From the NCBI GenBank assembly GCA_963707985.1, contig CAVPRW010000034.1, forward strand, positions 1-64,000: 64,000 nt of DNA, written 5' to 3'. Both the position numbers and the translations under genes were made by a program. The first letter of the stretch is position 1, and each line of letters starts with the position of its first letter. The notes below the pieces were generated by a model. The model ran no database searches and was not told the origin of the DNA. It saw only the letters and a program-made list of their open reading frames with translations. Shown here piece after piece: positions 12,751-24,042 of the stretch. The stretch is from an uncultured Nitrospinota bacterium (GTDB lineage: Bacteria > Tectomicrobia > Entotheonellia > J063 > CAVPRW01).

Positions 12751-13382
12751 AAGCTTCCTTTCGCCAAGGCAGCGGCTTTGGCACGGGTGATAAATTGGCG
12801 GATTTTTTGATGATCCTTCAAACCTGGCAGACGCTCGACACCACTGCTCACATCCACCCCGTAGGGGCGAACTTGGGCGATCGCGGTCTCGATGTTTTCT
12901 GGCGTCAACCCACCGGCGAGGATGATTGGCCCATACGGCTTGGCGCGCGCGGCTAGCTCCCAAGCAAACGACGCCCCCGTGCCGCCCGGTAACGCTCCTT
13001 CAACGTATGCATCCAGGAGATACGCGGACACCACGTAGTCCGGTAGTGGGCTCAAGCTCTCGGCATTTTTGATGCGGATCGCCTTGATCACCGGTCGGCT
13101 GATCCGACGACAGAATTCCGCGGTCTCACGCCCATGCAATTGCACGCGGTCGAGCCCACAGCGTGCCACCGTCGCATTGACCACCTCACACGTGACATCC
13201 ACAAATAAGCCCACCGTCGTCACAAATGGGGGCAAGGCTCGAATGATCTGTGCCGCCTGTTCGGGCGTCACGTAGCGCGGGCTTGGTGGATAAAACACGA
13301 ACCCTAGGGCGTCGGCCCCGCAATCGACGGCTGTTTGGGCATCCTCAAGACTTGTAATGCCGCAGATTTTCACCTGGACCAT
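12747..13382 (-). CDS. trpF: Phosphoribosylanthranilate isomerase
   Basis: [27 protein letters not shown]. Confidence 0.96.
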   Translation of the reverse strand: MVQVKICGITSLEDAQTAVDCGADALGFVFYPPSPRYVTPEQAAQIIRALPPFVTTVGLFVDVTCEVVNATVARCGLDRVQLHGRETAEFCRRISRPVIKAIRIKNAESLSPLPDYVVSAYLLDAYVEGALPGGTGASFAWELAARAKPYGPIILAGGLTPENIETAIAQVRPYGVDVSSGVERLPGLKDHQKIRQFITRAKAAALAKGSL

Positions 13383-14169
13383 GCAGGAACTCGCGTAATT
13401 TCACCCCAGGATCGGGGGCACGCATCAGCGCTTCCCCGATAAGGAAGGCGTGGACTCCCTGTTTCCGCAAGCGCGTGACATCTGCCGCTGAATTGATGCC
13501 ACTCTCGCTCACCACCACCACACCGGACGGGATCGATGGTAGCAGGCGCACGGTCGTTTCGATATCGGTTTGAAACGTCCGCAAGTCGCGATTATTGATG
13601 CCAATGAGACGCGGGTGCAACGGTAGACAGCGTTCCAACTCCTCGATCGTATGCACTTCGAGGAGTGCCGCCATACCAAGCTCATGCGCCAGGCCCAAAA
13701 AATCCTCAAGCGCGCAGCGCTCCAGGGCGGCGACAATCAATAACAGCGCATCGGCGTGCGCAGCCCGGGACTCGTACACTTGATAAGCATCGACCGTAAA
13801 ATCTTTCCGCAGCAACGGTAATGTAACTGCCTTATGGATATGCCCGAGAAAACCGAGTTCGCCCTGAAAGTACTTGGTATCCGTCAGGATCGACAGGGCA
13901 ACCGCACCATTGGCGGCATAGGTCTGCGCAATGGCGACTGGATCAAAGTCTGGACGGATCATGCCCCGCGATGGTGAGGCCTTTTTCACCTCGGCGATAA
14001 TGCGCGACGGGGTCTCACTCCCAGCGCCGTTGTCGCACAGCGCTGTGAGGAAGTCACGCGCCGGGGGAAGGTCTTGCACCATCCTTTGCAGCTCAGCGAG
14101 TGGACAACGACGGCGGCGCTCTGCGACCTCGTCGGCCTTATCGTGGAGAATTTGTTCGAGAATGGACAT
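13345..14169 (-). CDS. trpC: Indole-3-glycerol phosphate synthase
   Basis: IAEVKKASPSRG, LRKDF, GINNRDL, SESGI. Confidence 0.96.
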   Translation of the reverse strand: MSILEQILHDKADEVAERRRRCPLAELQRMVQDLPPARDFLTALCDNGAGSETPSRIIAEVKKASPSRGMIRPDFDPVAIAQTYAANGAVALSILTDTKYFQGELGFLGHIHKAVTLPLLRKDFTVDAYQVYESRAAHADALLLIVAALERCALEDFLGLAHELGMAALLEVHTIEELERCLPLHPRLIGINNRDLRTFQTDIETTVRLLPSIPSGVVVVSESGINSAADVTRLRKQGVHAFLIGEALMRAPDPGVKLREFLHGPGENLRHYKS

Positions 14170-14249
14170 CGACGCTCCTGAGGTTTGACGGCGACTAGCC
14201 CTTGACGCCGTGAGGACAGGCAGAGCAAGCCTGAATGACACTTGGTTTT

Positions 14250-14279
14250 ATTGTAGTCGCCTGAGCGTGATGCCGTCAA
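14250..14279 (-). promoter_or_regulatory. Putative sigma70 promoter of the trpC operon
   Basis: TTGACG-N18-TACAAT on the minus strand. Confidence 0.5.
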
Positions 14280-14436
14280 GCGGAAGCCGCGTCGGCCGCG
14301 ACTACGGCAGAACCGGCGAGCGCTAGGCGCGCCTTTTCTTTTGGCGATATTTGGGGTATGATCGCCAGGATCTCGGGCAGAAAGACATTTCACGTGCGTC
14401 AGCACGCCGTTGTAGGCTTCCAGAAAGGAGGGGTCG

Positions 14437-16414
14437 ATGCCCCTGGATAGACACCTCTTAGAACGACTCTTGACCACCATGATCCGTATTCGACGCTTCG
14501 ATGAGCGCGTGACTGAACTCTTCAAGGCCGGTTACGTCAAGGGCACGGCCCATAGCTATGTGGGTGAAGAAGCCATGGCCACCGGGGCCTGTGCCAACCT
14601 CCGGCGTGATGATTACATTGTTGGAACCCACCGCGGTCACGGCCATTGCATTGCGAAGGGCGCCGGTATCAAGGAGATGATGGCCGAGTTGTTCGGCAAG
14701 GAAACGGGGTACTGCAAGGGGCTCGGCGGTTCGATGCACATCGCCGACATGGATCTCAACATTCTGGGATGTAATGGCGTGGTCGGGGCTGGGCTGCCCA
14801 TTGCCAACGGCGCCGGTCTGTCATCGCGGCTGCGGAAGAGCGACCAAGCAACCATCTGTTTCTTTGGCGATGGCGCCTCAAGCCAGGGGACGTTCCATGA
14901 ATCGCTGAATCTGGCAGCAGTCTGGAAGCTGCCGGTGGTCTTCGTCTGCGAGAACAATCAGTACGCGCTTTCTACCTCGTACAAGCGTACTGTGGCTGTG
15001 GAGGCTGTCGCTGATCGGGCCGTGGCGTATGGCATTCCCGGCGTGACTGTCGACGGAAACGACGTGATCGCCGTCTTTGAAGCAGTGCAGGAGGCCTTGG
15101 CACGCGCCCGACGCGGCGAAGGTCCCTCCTTGGTTGAGGGTAAGACCTACCGCTGGATGGGTCACAGCATGCGGGCAGAGTTGGCCCCCTATCGCTCCAA
15201 GGAAGAGGAGGAGGAGTGGATCGAGCGTGATCCGATCGCCCGCCTGGAACGCGAGTTGTTGGACCAACAACTGATCACGCCCGACCATTTGGCCCGTATC
15301 CGTCAAGAAATCGAGGCAGAGCTGGAAGAGGCGGTAAAATTTGCGGAGCGCAGCCCTGAGCCGACCGTTGAAGTCATGGAGCGTGCCTTGTATGCCCCTC
15401 GGCTGGCGGTGTCCGCACCACCTCCGAAACGCGGCCACGAATTAACCTTCACCGAAGCGCTGAATGAAGCGCTCAAGCAGGAGATGCGTCGCGATCCACG
15501 TGTGTTCGTGATGGGTGAAGACATCGGCTTGATCGGCGGAATTTTCCGGGTAACACAGGGATTGTATGAGGAGTTCGGGGCCGATCGTGCCCGCGATACA
15601 CCGATTTCGGAAGCCACCTTCGTCGGCTGTGGGCTGGGGGCGGCGGTAACCGGTATGCGACCCGTGGTCGAGATCCAGATTCTGGGATTTCGTCGCCTGT
15701 GCCATGGATCAGATCGTCAATCAGATCGCCAAATTCCGCTACATGCTGGGAGGTAAGCCAACGGTGCCGCTGGTGATCCGTGGGCCCCAGGGAGGTGGCA
15801 TCCGCATGGCGGCACAGCATTCCCAGAGTCTGGAATCCTGGTTCATCCACATCCCGGGCTTAACCGTCATTGCCCCCTCGACACCGTACGACGCCAAGGG
15901 GCTGTTGATCGCTGCCATGCGAGATGATAATCCAGTGATTTTCCTCGAGCACAAGCTGTTGTATCAGCCGGTCATGAAGGAGCCAGTGCCCGAAGAACCA
16001 TATGCGCTGCCCATCGGCAAGGCCGACATCAAACGCGAAGGCAGCGATGTCACCGTCGTTGCCACGCAAATGATGGTACATCGTGCCTTACGGGCGGCAG
16101 AAAAGCTTGACGGTGAGGGGATCAGCGTGGAGATCATCGATCCACGGACGTTGTATCCGCTCGATGAAGAGACCATCGTCAATTCGATCCAGAAGACCAA
16201 CCGCCTGGTGATCGTCCACGAGGCCGTCAAGCGTGGCGGCATCGGGGCCGAGCTCTGTTCTGCCGTCATCGAGAAAGCCTTTGGTTATCTGGATGCCCCG
16301 CCTCTGCGTATCGGCGCCCGCGATGTCCCCATGCCATACAACGACAGCCTGGAACGTGCTACCATCCCAGGGGAGGAAGAGATCGTTCAGGGCGTGCGAG
16401 AGGTGTTGGCTTGA
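14437..16414 (+). CDS. TPP-dependent 2-oxoacid/acetoin dehydrogenase E1, alpha-beta fusion (apparent 1-nt insertion near 15680)
   Basis: The alpha TPP motif GDGA...CENNQY runs in frame into beta motifs (MGEDIG, DTPISE). Removing one T restores EIQIWDFVACAMDQIVNQ and joins ORF 15704..16414. Confidence 0.88.
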
Positions 16415-16471
16415 CGAGAACTTCGGGTGAAATCGCGGCTTGGCGGTCGGCGTCCTCAGCCGATCGCCGCC

Positions 16472-16501
16472 TTGACACTGACAAGGCCGGTATGTTAGGG
16501 T
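16472..16501 (+). promoter_or_regulatory. Promoter of the riboswitch/rib operon
   Basis: TTGACA-N18-TAGGGT with extended -10 TG. Confidence 0.55.
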
Positions 16502-16540
16502 GAGTTTGCGATCAAATCGCCTGATTGATTCAGTTGAGGA

Positions 16541-16713
16541 TCTTCGGGGCGGAGCGAACTTCTCCATTGGCGGGAGAGCCCGCAACCTGATGCTGATTAG
16601 GACAGATGATGGGCTCAGCGTTTCGGTGCGTCTCAGAGGGTAGCGTGCAAGACCGCCCAAGTGGATTCGGCGCCAATTCGGGGCTGACTTTGACAGGCTG
16701 GATGGTGGGAAGG
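16541..16713 (+). ncRNA. FMN riboswitch (RFN element), strongly diverged
   Basis: TCTTCGGGGCGG...GGCGGGAGAGCCCGC...GGATTCGG...GCTGAC...AGGCTGGATGG..GAAGG follows RFN architecture. It lies upstream of ribD and is followed by a terminator. Confidence 0.75.
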
Positions 16714-16738
16714 CGCTCACAACAGGGCGTTATCGACT

Positions 16739-16771
16739 AACCCGAAGGCCTCTGCCTTCGGGTTTTTTATT
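16739..16771 (+). terminator. Attenuator terminator of the rib leader
   Basis: AACCCGAAGGC-CTCT-GCCTTCGGGTT-TTTTATT. Confidence 0.85.
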
Positions 16772-16787
16772 CCGAAGAGGCGCACGC

Positions 16788-17912
16788 GTGGACACCCAGC
16801 AGACGATCGATGAGCAGTTTATGCAGGAGGCCTTAGCGCTGGCGGCCCAGGCCCGCGGACGGACCAGTCCGAATCCGATGGTTGGAAGCGTGGTGGTCAA
16901 GGATGGACGGGTCGTGGGCAGAGGCTACCATGCCAAAGCTGGAGCGCCCCATGGCGAAGTGGCTGCCCTGGAGAACGCTGGTGCACAGGCCAGGGGGGCC
17001 ACACTTTATATTACCCTTGAACCTTGCTGCCACTTTGGACCCTTCAAACGCACTCCCCCTTGCACCAAGGCTATTATCGCCGCCGGCATTCGGAGGGTCG
17101 TCGCGGCCATGCGTGACCCCAATCCCCTGGTGAGTGGCAAGGGGCTGGAGGAATTGCGGCAAGCCGGCATCGAAGTGAAACTGCCGGTACTCGAAACCGA
17201 GGCGGCAGCGCTGAACGAAGTCTTCATCACATATATTACTACCAAACGACCATTTGTCTTACTGAAGGTGGCAGCCAGCCTCGACGGCAAGATCGCCACA
17301 GTGACCGGCGAGTCACGCTGGATTACCAATGAGCGCTCGCGCTTGCTTGTGCACCAGCTGCGAGATCAGGTGGATGGCGTTATGGTAGGCATCAATACGG
17401 TGCTCCGAGACGATCCTCTCCTTACCACCCGACTCCCTGGCGGTGGGGGACGAGACCCCATGCGGATTGTCGTGGATACCCACCTGCGGATACCGTGCGA
17501 AGCGAGAGTCCTGACCGCCTCGAACACAGCCTGCACGCTGATTGCGACCACGCCTGAGGCACCACGTGAGAAACGTCTCCAACTTGAAGCCGCTGGCGCA
17601 CAAATCTTGGTCATCGAAGGGGAGGGGCCTGGGGTGCCCTTGCGGCCGCTGATGGAGCAGCTGGGAGCCATGCAAGTGACCTCGATCTTGCTTGAAGGTG
17701 GTGGCGAGCTGCACAGCGCTGCATTGCGTGCTGGTATCGTCGACAAAGTCTGGTACTTCTTAGCGCCAAAGCTGATTGGCGGGCGCGCCGCCCCGCCAGC
17801 GATCGGTGGAGAGGGGTTTGCACGCCTGGAGGAGGCAGTCACACTCGAACGTATGCAGGTCAAACAGCTTGATGGTGATCTGCTCATCGAAGGCTACGTG
17901 CGGCGAGGGTAA
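16788..17912 (+). CDS. ribD: Bifunctional riboflavin deaminase/reductase
   Basis: PNPMVG, HGE, TLEPCCH..TPPC, SLDGKIA, EGGG. Confidence 0.96.
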   Translation: MDTQQTIDEQFMQEALALAAQARGRTSPNPMVGSVVVKDGRVVGRGYHAKAGAPHGEVAALENAGAQARGATLYITLEPCCHFGPFKRTPPCTKAIIAAGIRRVVAAMRDPNPLVSGKGLEELRQAGIEVKLPVLETEAAALNEVFITYITTKRPFVLLKVAASLDGKIATVTGESRWITNERSRLLVHQLRDQVDGVMVGINTVLRDDPLLTTRLPGGGGRDPMRIVVDTHLRIPCEARVLTASNTACTLIATTPEAPREKRLQLEAAGAQILVIEGEGPGVPLRPLMEQLGAMQVTSILLEGGGELHSAALRAGIVDKVWYFLAPKLIGGRAAPPAIGGEGFARLEEAVTLERMQVKQLDGDLLIEGYVRRG

Positions 17913-17915
17913 GTC

Positions 17916-18575
17916 ATGTTCTCTGGGATTATTGCAGAAGTGGGCACGGTGAAAGCCTATGAAGAGAACAGAGAGGCAGCGTCGTTGACCATCGAGGCCT
18001 CGCCAGCGTTCAATAACGTGGCCATAGGCGAAAGCATTGCGGTCAACGGCGTCTGTCTCACTGCTGTGGACCACCGCGAGAGTACGTTCGTCCTCGACGT
18101 CTCTCCGGAGACGTTGCGCGCGACCAATCTTGGGGAATTGCGACCGGGGAACGGTGTCAATCTGGAACGGTCGCTGTGTTTGAACGATCGCATCGGCGGC
18201 CACCTGGTGAGCGGACATGTTGACGGGGTGGGGCGAATCACCGACAAACGCCGCGAGGCGAACGCGCTACACTATGACATGCAAGTGCCTATGGACCTGA
18301 TGCGCTACATTGTACCGAAAGGCTCAATCGCGGTCGACGGCATTAGTCTTACAGTCGTGGCCTGCCGTCCGGATGGGTTCCAGGTTACCATCATTCCGCA
18401 CACAGCAGCGGTCACCACTATTGGATCCAAAGCGCTCGGGGCGACGGTGAACATCGAATGTGATATGATAGGCAAATATGTCGAGCGAGCGCTCCAGGCA
18501 CGATTGGAGGGCGAAGGTGCGGACGCGGTCGAGCTGCGGGCGGCCTTATGGCGCCGACACGGGATCGCTGAGTAG
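17916..18575 (+). CDS. ribE: Riboflavin synthase (alpha chain)
   Basis: [23 protein letters not shown]. Confidence 0.95.
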   Translation: MFSGIIAEVGTVKAYEENREAASLTIEASPAFNNVAIGESIAVNGVCLTAVDHRESTFVLDVSPETLRATNLGELRPGNGVNLERSLCLNDRIGGHLVSGHVDGVGRITDKRREANALHYDMQVPMDLMRYIVPKGSIAVDGISLTVVACRPDGFQVTIIPHTAAVTTIGSKALGATVNIECDMIGKYVERALQARLEGEGADAVELRAALWRRHGIAE

Positions 18576-18598
18576 GGCACGAAGAACGGGAGTTGCCC

Positions 18599-19828
18599 AT
18601 GTCATTCAATACGATTGAGGAGGGTATCGCGGACATCCAGGCCGGCAAGATGATCGTCTTGTGCGACGATGAGGATCGGGAAAACGAAGGGGATTTAACG
18701 ATTGCCGCTGAACGGGTGACACCTGCTGCCATCAACTTCATGGCCAGATATGGGCGCGGGCTGATCTGTCTAGCGCTCACCGAAGAGCGTGCCGATACCT
18801 TGCGATTACCCCTCATGGTGACGAACAATCGAGCCCCTTTCGGCACCGCCTTTACCGTTTCGATCGAAGCACGTAGAGGTGTCACGAACGGCATCTCCGC
18901 CGCCGACCGCGCCAGGACCATTCTGACCGCCATCGACCCCGCCAGCAAACCCGAGGATCTGGTTCGCCCAGGCCGTGTGTTTCCGCTGCGAGCGAAAAAG
19001 GGAGGGGTATTGGTCCGGGCAGGGCAGACCGAAGGCTCCGTGGATCTGGCGCGTCTGTCAGGGCTCACGCCTGCGGCGGTTATCTGTGAGGTCATGGATG
19101 AGGACGGCACCATGGCACGCGGTCCCCAGCTCCTAGAGTTTTGCCGCCTGCATGGGCTCAAAATCACCACTATCCAAGATCTCATTCGCTATCGCTTACA
19201 GACTGAATCGTTCATAAAAGAGATGGCACGGACGCAACTGCCTACTCCCTTTGGCATCTTCCAGACGATCGCCTTCGAGAGTGAGATCGACGGCCAATGC
19301 CATGTGGCGCTGGTGATGGGAGAAATCAAGCCGGATCGTGATATCCTGGTGCGTGTCCACTCGCAATGTTTGACCGGCGACGTATTTGGGTCGTATCGCT
19401 GCGATTGTGGGGAACAGCTACAGGCGGCCCTGCAATTGATCGCCCAGGAAGGTAGCGGGGTATTGCTGTACTTGCAGCAAGAGGGGCGTGGCATCGGGCT
19501 GATGAACAAGCTGAGAGCATACGCCCTGCAAGACCAGGGGCATGACACCGTCGAAGCCAATGCGGCGCTGGGATTCAAACCAGACCTGCGCGATTATGGC
19601 ATCGGCGCCCAGATTTTGCGCGCCCTCGGGATCGGCCGCATGCGCCTATTGACGAACAATCCGCGCAAGATCGTCGGCCTTGAAGGTTACGGTCTGCAGA
19701 TCATCGATCGCGTCCCGCTGGAGATGCCGCCGCGCCAAGACAATATCCGCTACTTGCGCGCTAAGCAGGAGAAGCTCGGCCATCTCATGAACCATTTAAC
19801 TTCGAGTGGCTGGGATGCGGGTAGCTAA
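18599..19828 (+). CDS. ribBA: DHBP synthase / GTP cyclohydrolase II
   Basis: [38 protein letters not shown]. Confidence 0.97.
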   Translation: MSFNTIEEGIADIQAGKMIVLCDDEDRENEGDLTIAAERVTPAAINFMARYGRGLICLALTEERADTLRLPLMVTNNRAPFGTAFTVSIEARRGVTNGISAADRARTILTAIDPASKPEDLVRPGRVFPLRAKKGGVLVRAGQTEGSVDLARLSGLTPAAVICEVMDEDGTMARGPQLLEFCRLHGLKITTIQDLIRYRLQTESFIKEMARTQLPTPFGIFQTIAFESEIDGQCHVALVMGEIKPDRDILVRVHSQCLTGDVFGSYRCDCGEQLQAALQLIAQEGSGVLLYLQQEGRGIGLMNKLRAYALQDQGHDTVEANAALGFKPDLRDYGIGAQILRALGIGRMRLLTNNPRKIVGLEGYGLQIIDRVPLEMPPRQDNIRYLRAKQEKLGHLMNHLTSSGWDAGS

Positions 19829-19903
19829 GAAATCCCGTAGGATCGGAGAACGTGCGCACACGAGCACAATTATTCAGGCAACCCAGCCGTGGGAGACCGG
19901 TGG

Positions 19904-20380
19904 ATGGCGCGGGTGATCGAGGGAAAGCTGTGGGGAGAAGGTCTGCGCTTTGGCATCGTCGTGAGTCGCTTTAACGGCTTTATTACCGAGCGTTTGCTGG
20001 AAGGCGCCATCGATGGGTTGGTTCGACATGGCGTACGTGATGAAGACATCGAGGTGTTGCGAGTACCCGGTTCGTTTGAGATCCCGGTGATCGCCAAACG
20101 CCTCGCTATGCTCAATCGGTACGACACCATCATTTGTCTGGGCGCCGTCATCCGGGGGGCCACGCCACATTTTGACTACGTCGCGGGGCAGGTGTCGAGT
20201 GGTATCGCCAACATAGCCCTCGAAACTGGTGTGCCGTGTATATTCGGCATACTCACTACAGAAACCATCGAGCAAGCGATCGAACGATCTGGCACGAAAA
20301 TGGGCAATAAAGGTTGGGAAGCGGCGCTTTCGGCAGTTGAGATGGCGAATGTGCTGGCCCAACTGCAAGGAAAAACCTAA
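19904..20380 (+). CDS. ribH: 6,7-dimethyl-8-ribityllumazine synthase
   Basis: [23 protein letters not shown]. Confidence 0.97.
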   Translation: MARVIEGKLWGEGLRFGIVVSRFNGFITERLLEGAIDGLVRHGVRDEDIEVLRVPGSFEIPVIAKRLAMLNRYDTIICLGAVIRGATPHFDYVAGQVSSGIANIALETGVPCIFGILTTETIEQAIERSGTKMGNKGWEAALSAVEMANVLAQLQGKT

Positions 20381-20381
20381 G

Positions 20382-20798
20382 ATGGGAACACGGCGGAAAG
20401 CGCGGGAGTTGGCTGTGCAGCTGCTTTACCAACACGATCTCGCGAAGATGGCCCCTGAGGAAGCGATGTGCCTATTTTGGGAGTATTTCCCCGTCAATCT
20501 GGACATCCGCGAGTTTTGCGAACAACTCGTACTCGGCACACTTGACCGCCTCACATTGATCGATGAGCTCCTCAGCGAAGCTAGCGAAAACTGGGCCCTG
20601 CATCGGATGAGCGTGGTCGACCGCAATATCCTTAGGCTCGCGACCTATGAACTTCTTGACCGACCGGATATTCCCCCTAGTGTGAGCCTCAACGAGGCGA
20701 TCGAGATCGCCAAGAAATACAGCACTCCAGATGCGGCGGTCTTCATTAATGGGGTATTGGATCGCGTCAAGCGGATGGTCTACCCGGTCGGGCGGTGA
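20382..20798 (+). CDS. nusB: Transcription antitermination factor NusB
   Basis: RRKARE, DRNILRLA, NEAIEIAK, FINGVLD. Confidence 0.96.
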   Translation: MGTRRKARELAVQLLYQHDLAKMAPEEAMCLFWEYFPVNLDIREFCEQLVLGTLDRLTLIDELLSEASENWALHRMSVVDRNILRLATYELLDRPDIPPSVSLNEAIEIAKKYSTPDAAVFINGVLDRVKRMVYPVGR

Positions 20799-21001
20799 CC
20801 TACCCCAGCCTCCGACATGATCGAGATGCTCAGTGCTCTACATGGGTTTGAATTTGCCGATACATCCCTCGACAAGAGGGGCAATGCGTCCCGCATGAAA
20901 AATCTGCATCTGGAGGATAGGTGATATCTCCAGACTAGAGGTAACATCGATCGGCCCGACCACGTCGCAGCCCAAGCCACGTGATCGGTGGGGGGTGTCG
21001 G

Positions 21002-21838
21002 ATGAAAGGGGTTGAGCTCTCGGTCATGGTCGCCTTGGGAGCAGGGTTGCTCTCGTTCTTATCTCCGTGTGTCTTGCCACTGGTTCCATCCTATCTGTCA
21101 TTTATCGCCGGCGTATCATTCGATGACTTCAAACGTACCCAGTCCGACAGTAAACTGTTGCGGAAGGTGGTGCTGAATTCATTGTTGTTCATCGTCGGCT
21201 TCTCGACCGTTTTCATGACCTTGGGGCTGTCGTTTAGCCTGGTAGGGCAAGTGCTAATCCAGTATCAAGAGGCCATCCGTATGGTTGCCGGCCTATTGAT
21301 TGCCTTCTTTGGCGTCTATATCTCCGGCACACTCGAATATCTGGCGAAGGTGGCGGATGTCGTGGAGAAGCGTTGGGGCGAGCAACCAGGGTTGGGCCTT
21401 ATCCCCATCCTCTGTCGTCCATTGCTCGTTGGGCGCTATTTGACGCGCAGCCTGCAATTCCACATTGGCAATCGACCGGCAGGGTATGTGGGAGCGATGC
21501 TAGTAGGTTTCTCTTTTGCAGTCGGCTGGACCCCATGCGTGGGGCCGATTCTGGGTGCCATTCTGGCACTGGCCAGTTCAACCGCCCACATCACCTCCGG
21601 CCTCCTGCTGCTTGGCGCCTATTCGGTCGGACTTGGTATTCCATTTCTGTTGAGCGCCGTCGCCGTCAACTCCTTTTTTCATTTCTTCAGCAAGTTTAAA
21701 CGCTACATCGAAATCGTCCATATCGGGGGAGGACTGCTCCTCATCTTGGTGGGCATTTTGATCTTTACTGGTTACCTAAGCGTTCTCAACAGCATCGCTA
21801 TCCAATTCACCCCAGCGTGGCTATGGGAACGTCTGTAA
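21002..21838 (+). CDS. ccdA: Cytochrome c biogenesis protein CcdA (DsbD TM domain)
   Basis: SFLSPCVLPLVP and GWTPCVGPILG. Confidence 0.92.
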   Translation: MKGVELSVMVALGAGLLSFLSPCVLPLVPSYLSFIAGVSFDDFKRTQSDSKLLRKVVLNSLLFIVGFSTVFMTLGLSFSLVGQVLIQYQEAIRMVAGLLIAFFGVYISGTLEYLAKVADVVEKRWGEQPGLGLIPILCRPLLVGRYLTRSLQFHIGNRPAGYVGAMLVGFSFAVGWTPCVGPILGAILALASSTAHITSGLLLLGAYSVGLGIPFLLSAVAVNSFFHFFSKFKRYIEIVHIGGGLLLILVGILIFTGYLSVLNSIAIQFTPAWLWERL

Positions 21839-21895
21839 GACTCTCAGCCCTTGCGGCCAAACCACGGTGCGTGTGTGGCTCCGGTCATGCACGCC

Positions 21896-21925
21896 TTGAC
21901 AGCAAGCGGCGTGAGGGACTATATT
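21896..21925 (+). promoter_or_regulatory. Putative sigma70 promoter about 370 bp upstream of the sigma gene
   Basis: TTGACA-N18-TATATT. Confidence 0.5.
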
Positions 21926-22291
21926 TGCGCACGATACGTGATGGTCTTGTGGATCCATGGCGCACGTGAGGTCCGCATGCCAGGTTCAGCGTCGGAGGAG
22001 CGGCTCAGGCGCGCATGCAGGGCAAAATCTCCAGACGGTCCGTTGGCAGCTCCCGGCATACCCTATGGACGATAGGGCGATGTCGCATTCACCCCTATGG
22101 GGCTCACCCCCACGCTCATCGAGGGGCTCGAAGCTTCCCCCGCCGGATTTTCCTCCATTTACGATCACACGGTGGGTTTCGTCTCATCACTGCCCTGGTG
22201 CTATTTCAGAATTATGTTGCTAGGGAGTGGTATTTTGTACCTGTGATTGGCCGATGACAGGCATACTTCCCATTCTGAGGGAGAGGCATGC

Positions 22292-23848
22292 ATGGGTGAA
22301 AAAGCTGAGAGCGGTGAAGGCCTAGAGCACGTCGTTCATATCGACCTGGACAAGGACAAAGCCTATCTCCATGATAGTGACAGTGAGATCTCGGAGGCGC
22401 TCCCTCAAGAAATGGTCGTCGCCGAAGAGCTGGACGAAGTGGTGACGAGCTTTGAGGAGTTAGACCTGGAGATCGACGACCTTCCAGAGGCGACTGAAGA
22501 CGGGCCTGAACCCGCGATAGAACTCCTGGATGCCAGCCAGGCTGAGGACGGGAATGAACCAGAAGCCGAGGCTCCCGAATACAGCAAGGATGACCCAGTA
22601 CTCTTGTATTTGCGAGAGATGGGCGCCGTGCCCCTCTTGCGACCGGATGAGGAGGTTGATATCGCACAACGGACCGAGCAGGCGGCCGAAGAGGTCCAGC
22701 GCTTGCTCCTGAAGAGCCCATTGGCCGCTCGCCCAGCGCTGTGGGAAGGTGTGCGCAGTAAGACCGACACGAGTCCCGTGCAACCTCCCGATCAACCCAC
22801 GCTGGCCGGGAACGATGCTCCGCCGTCGCTCACACCCCAGGAACGGGCTGATCTCATTCGCCAGTGGCAGGGACGTGCAGGCCGGACGAAGGCCGGCAGA
22901 GGACTGGTCAAGCGCCCCGGCACGAGTGTTCCAACCAGACTCCCCGACCTACTTGCCAAGCTACAATTGACCAACGAGGAAGTGCTGCAGGCCGTCCGAC
23001 GCGTCCTACAGTGGGAGGACTGGCTATCCACCGGGCATCATGCTGAAGTGGAAGCGCTGATCGGCACAGCGCATCAACACCTACCAGGAGTGGCCAAGCT
23101 ACTGCGCCAAGCAACGAACAAGCTGGACACACTGAAGGGTGAGATGGTCCAAGCTAACCTACGGCTGGTGGTAAGCATCGCCAAGAAATATATGAATCGC
23201 GGTCTGCCCTTGTTGGACCTTATCCAAGAAGGCAACATCGGCTTGATGAAGGCAGTCGAGAAGTTCGATTATAGACGTGGCTATAAGTTCAGTACCTATG
23301 CCAGTTGGTGGATTCGCCAGGCAATCGCCCGGGCGATTGCAGAGCAAGTGCGCACCGTACGCATCCCAGTGCATATGACGGAGACACTCAGTCGCGTCAA
23401 TCGCATCACACATGAGCTCGTCCAGGTCGTCGAGCGCAAGCCGACACCAGAGGAACTGGGGCACCGCCTTGACCTTCCGGCCGACAAGGTTCGAGAGATT
23501 CTCGCCATCGTGAATAAACCCATCTCCCTGGAAACACCGGTGGGAGACAGTGATAGTCAACTTGCAGACTTCATCGAAGACACCACCTTTGGATCGCCCT
23601 TAAACTTCGTCTTGGATCAGGATCTGGCCCATAACATCGCCCGTATTCTCAGCACGCTCACCCCCCGTGAAGAACAAGTCCTGCGCATGCGTTTCGGCAT
23701 CGGTGGCGAGGCTGTGCATACCTTGGAGGAAATCGGCAAAGGGTTCCACTTGAGCCGAGAGCGGATTCGTCAGATTGAGGTCAAGGCGCTCAAAAAACTA
23801 CGGCATCCTTGCCGGAGTCGAGGACTGCGTACTTTCCTGGAAAACTGA
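22292..23848 (+). CDS. RpoD-family sigma70 factor (paralog-like)
   Basis: Region 1.2 [12 protein letters not shown]; region 2 [30 protein letters not shown]; region 4 [15 protein letters not shown]. Confidence 0.9.
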   Translation: MGEKAESGEGLEHVVHIDLDKDKAYLHDSDSEISEALPQEMVVAEELDEVVTSFEELDLEIDDLPEATEDGPEPAIELLDASQAEDGNEPEAEAPEYSKDDPVLLYLREMGAVPLLRPDEEVDIAQRTEQAAEEVQRLLLKSPLAARPALWEGVRSKTDTSPVQPPDQPTLAGNDAPPSLTPQERADLIRQWQGRAGRTKAGRGLVKRPGTSVPTRLPDLLAKLQLTNEEVLQAVRRVLQWEDWLSTGHHAEVEALIGTAHQHLPGVAKLLRQATNKLDTLKGEMVQANLRLVVSIAKKYMNRGLPLLDLIQEGNIGLMKAVEKFDYRRGYKFSTYASWWIRQAIARAIAEQVRTVRIPVHMTETLSRVNRITHELVQVVERKPTPEELGHRLDLPADKVREILAIVNKPISLETPVGDSDSQLADFIEDTTFGSPLNFVLDQDLAHNIARILSTLTPREEQVLRMRFGIGGEAVHTLEEIGKGFHLSRERIRQIEVKALKKLRHPCRSRGLRTFLEN

Positions 23849-24042
23849 GCTGGGGTGAACGGGACTTTCGGCTTTACGGGCTTGTGTCACTTCTGTTAAG
23901 GTGTGCTGGAGCGTTCAAGCGTGGACAGCTCCAGCCGCTTTGGCACCTCGACCGATGCCATGCCTACCCGATGTCTGCAACCATTCGCAGGTGCTTCAAA
24001 CCGCCACAACCTTGACGCCAACTCACGCACGAGGGAGGAGCC

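Noticed and set aside
22015..22060. GGGCAAAA as the start of a c-di-GMP-I riboswitch
   Set aside because: The following GNRA stem and GACGCAAAG elements are absent.
23849..24042. LexA box or sigma54 promoter upstream of uvrA
   Set aside because: No convincing GAAC-N4-GTTC, CTGT-N8-ACAG or correctly spaced GG-N10-GC motif.
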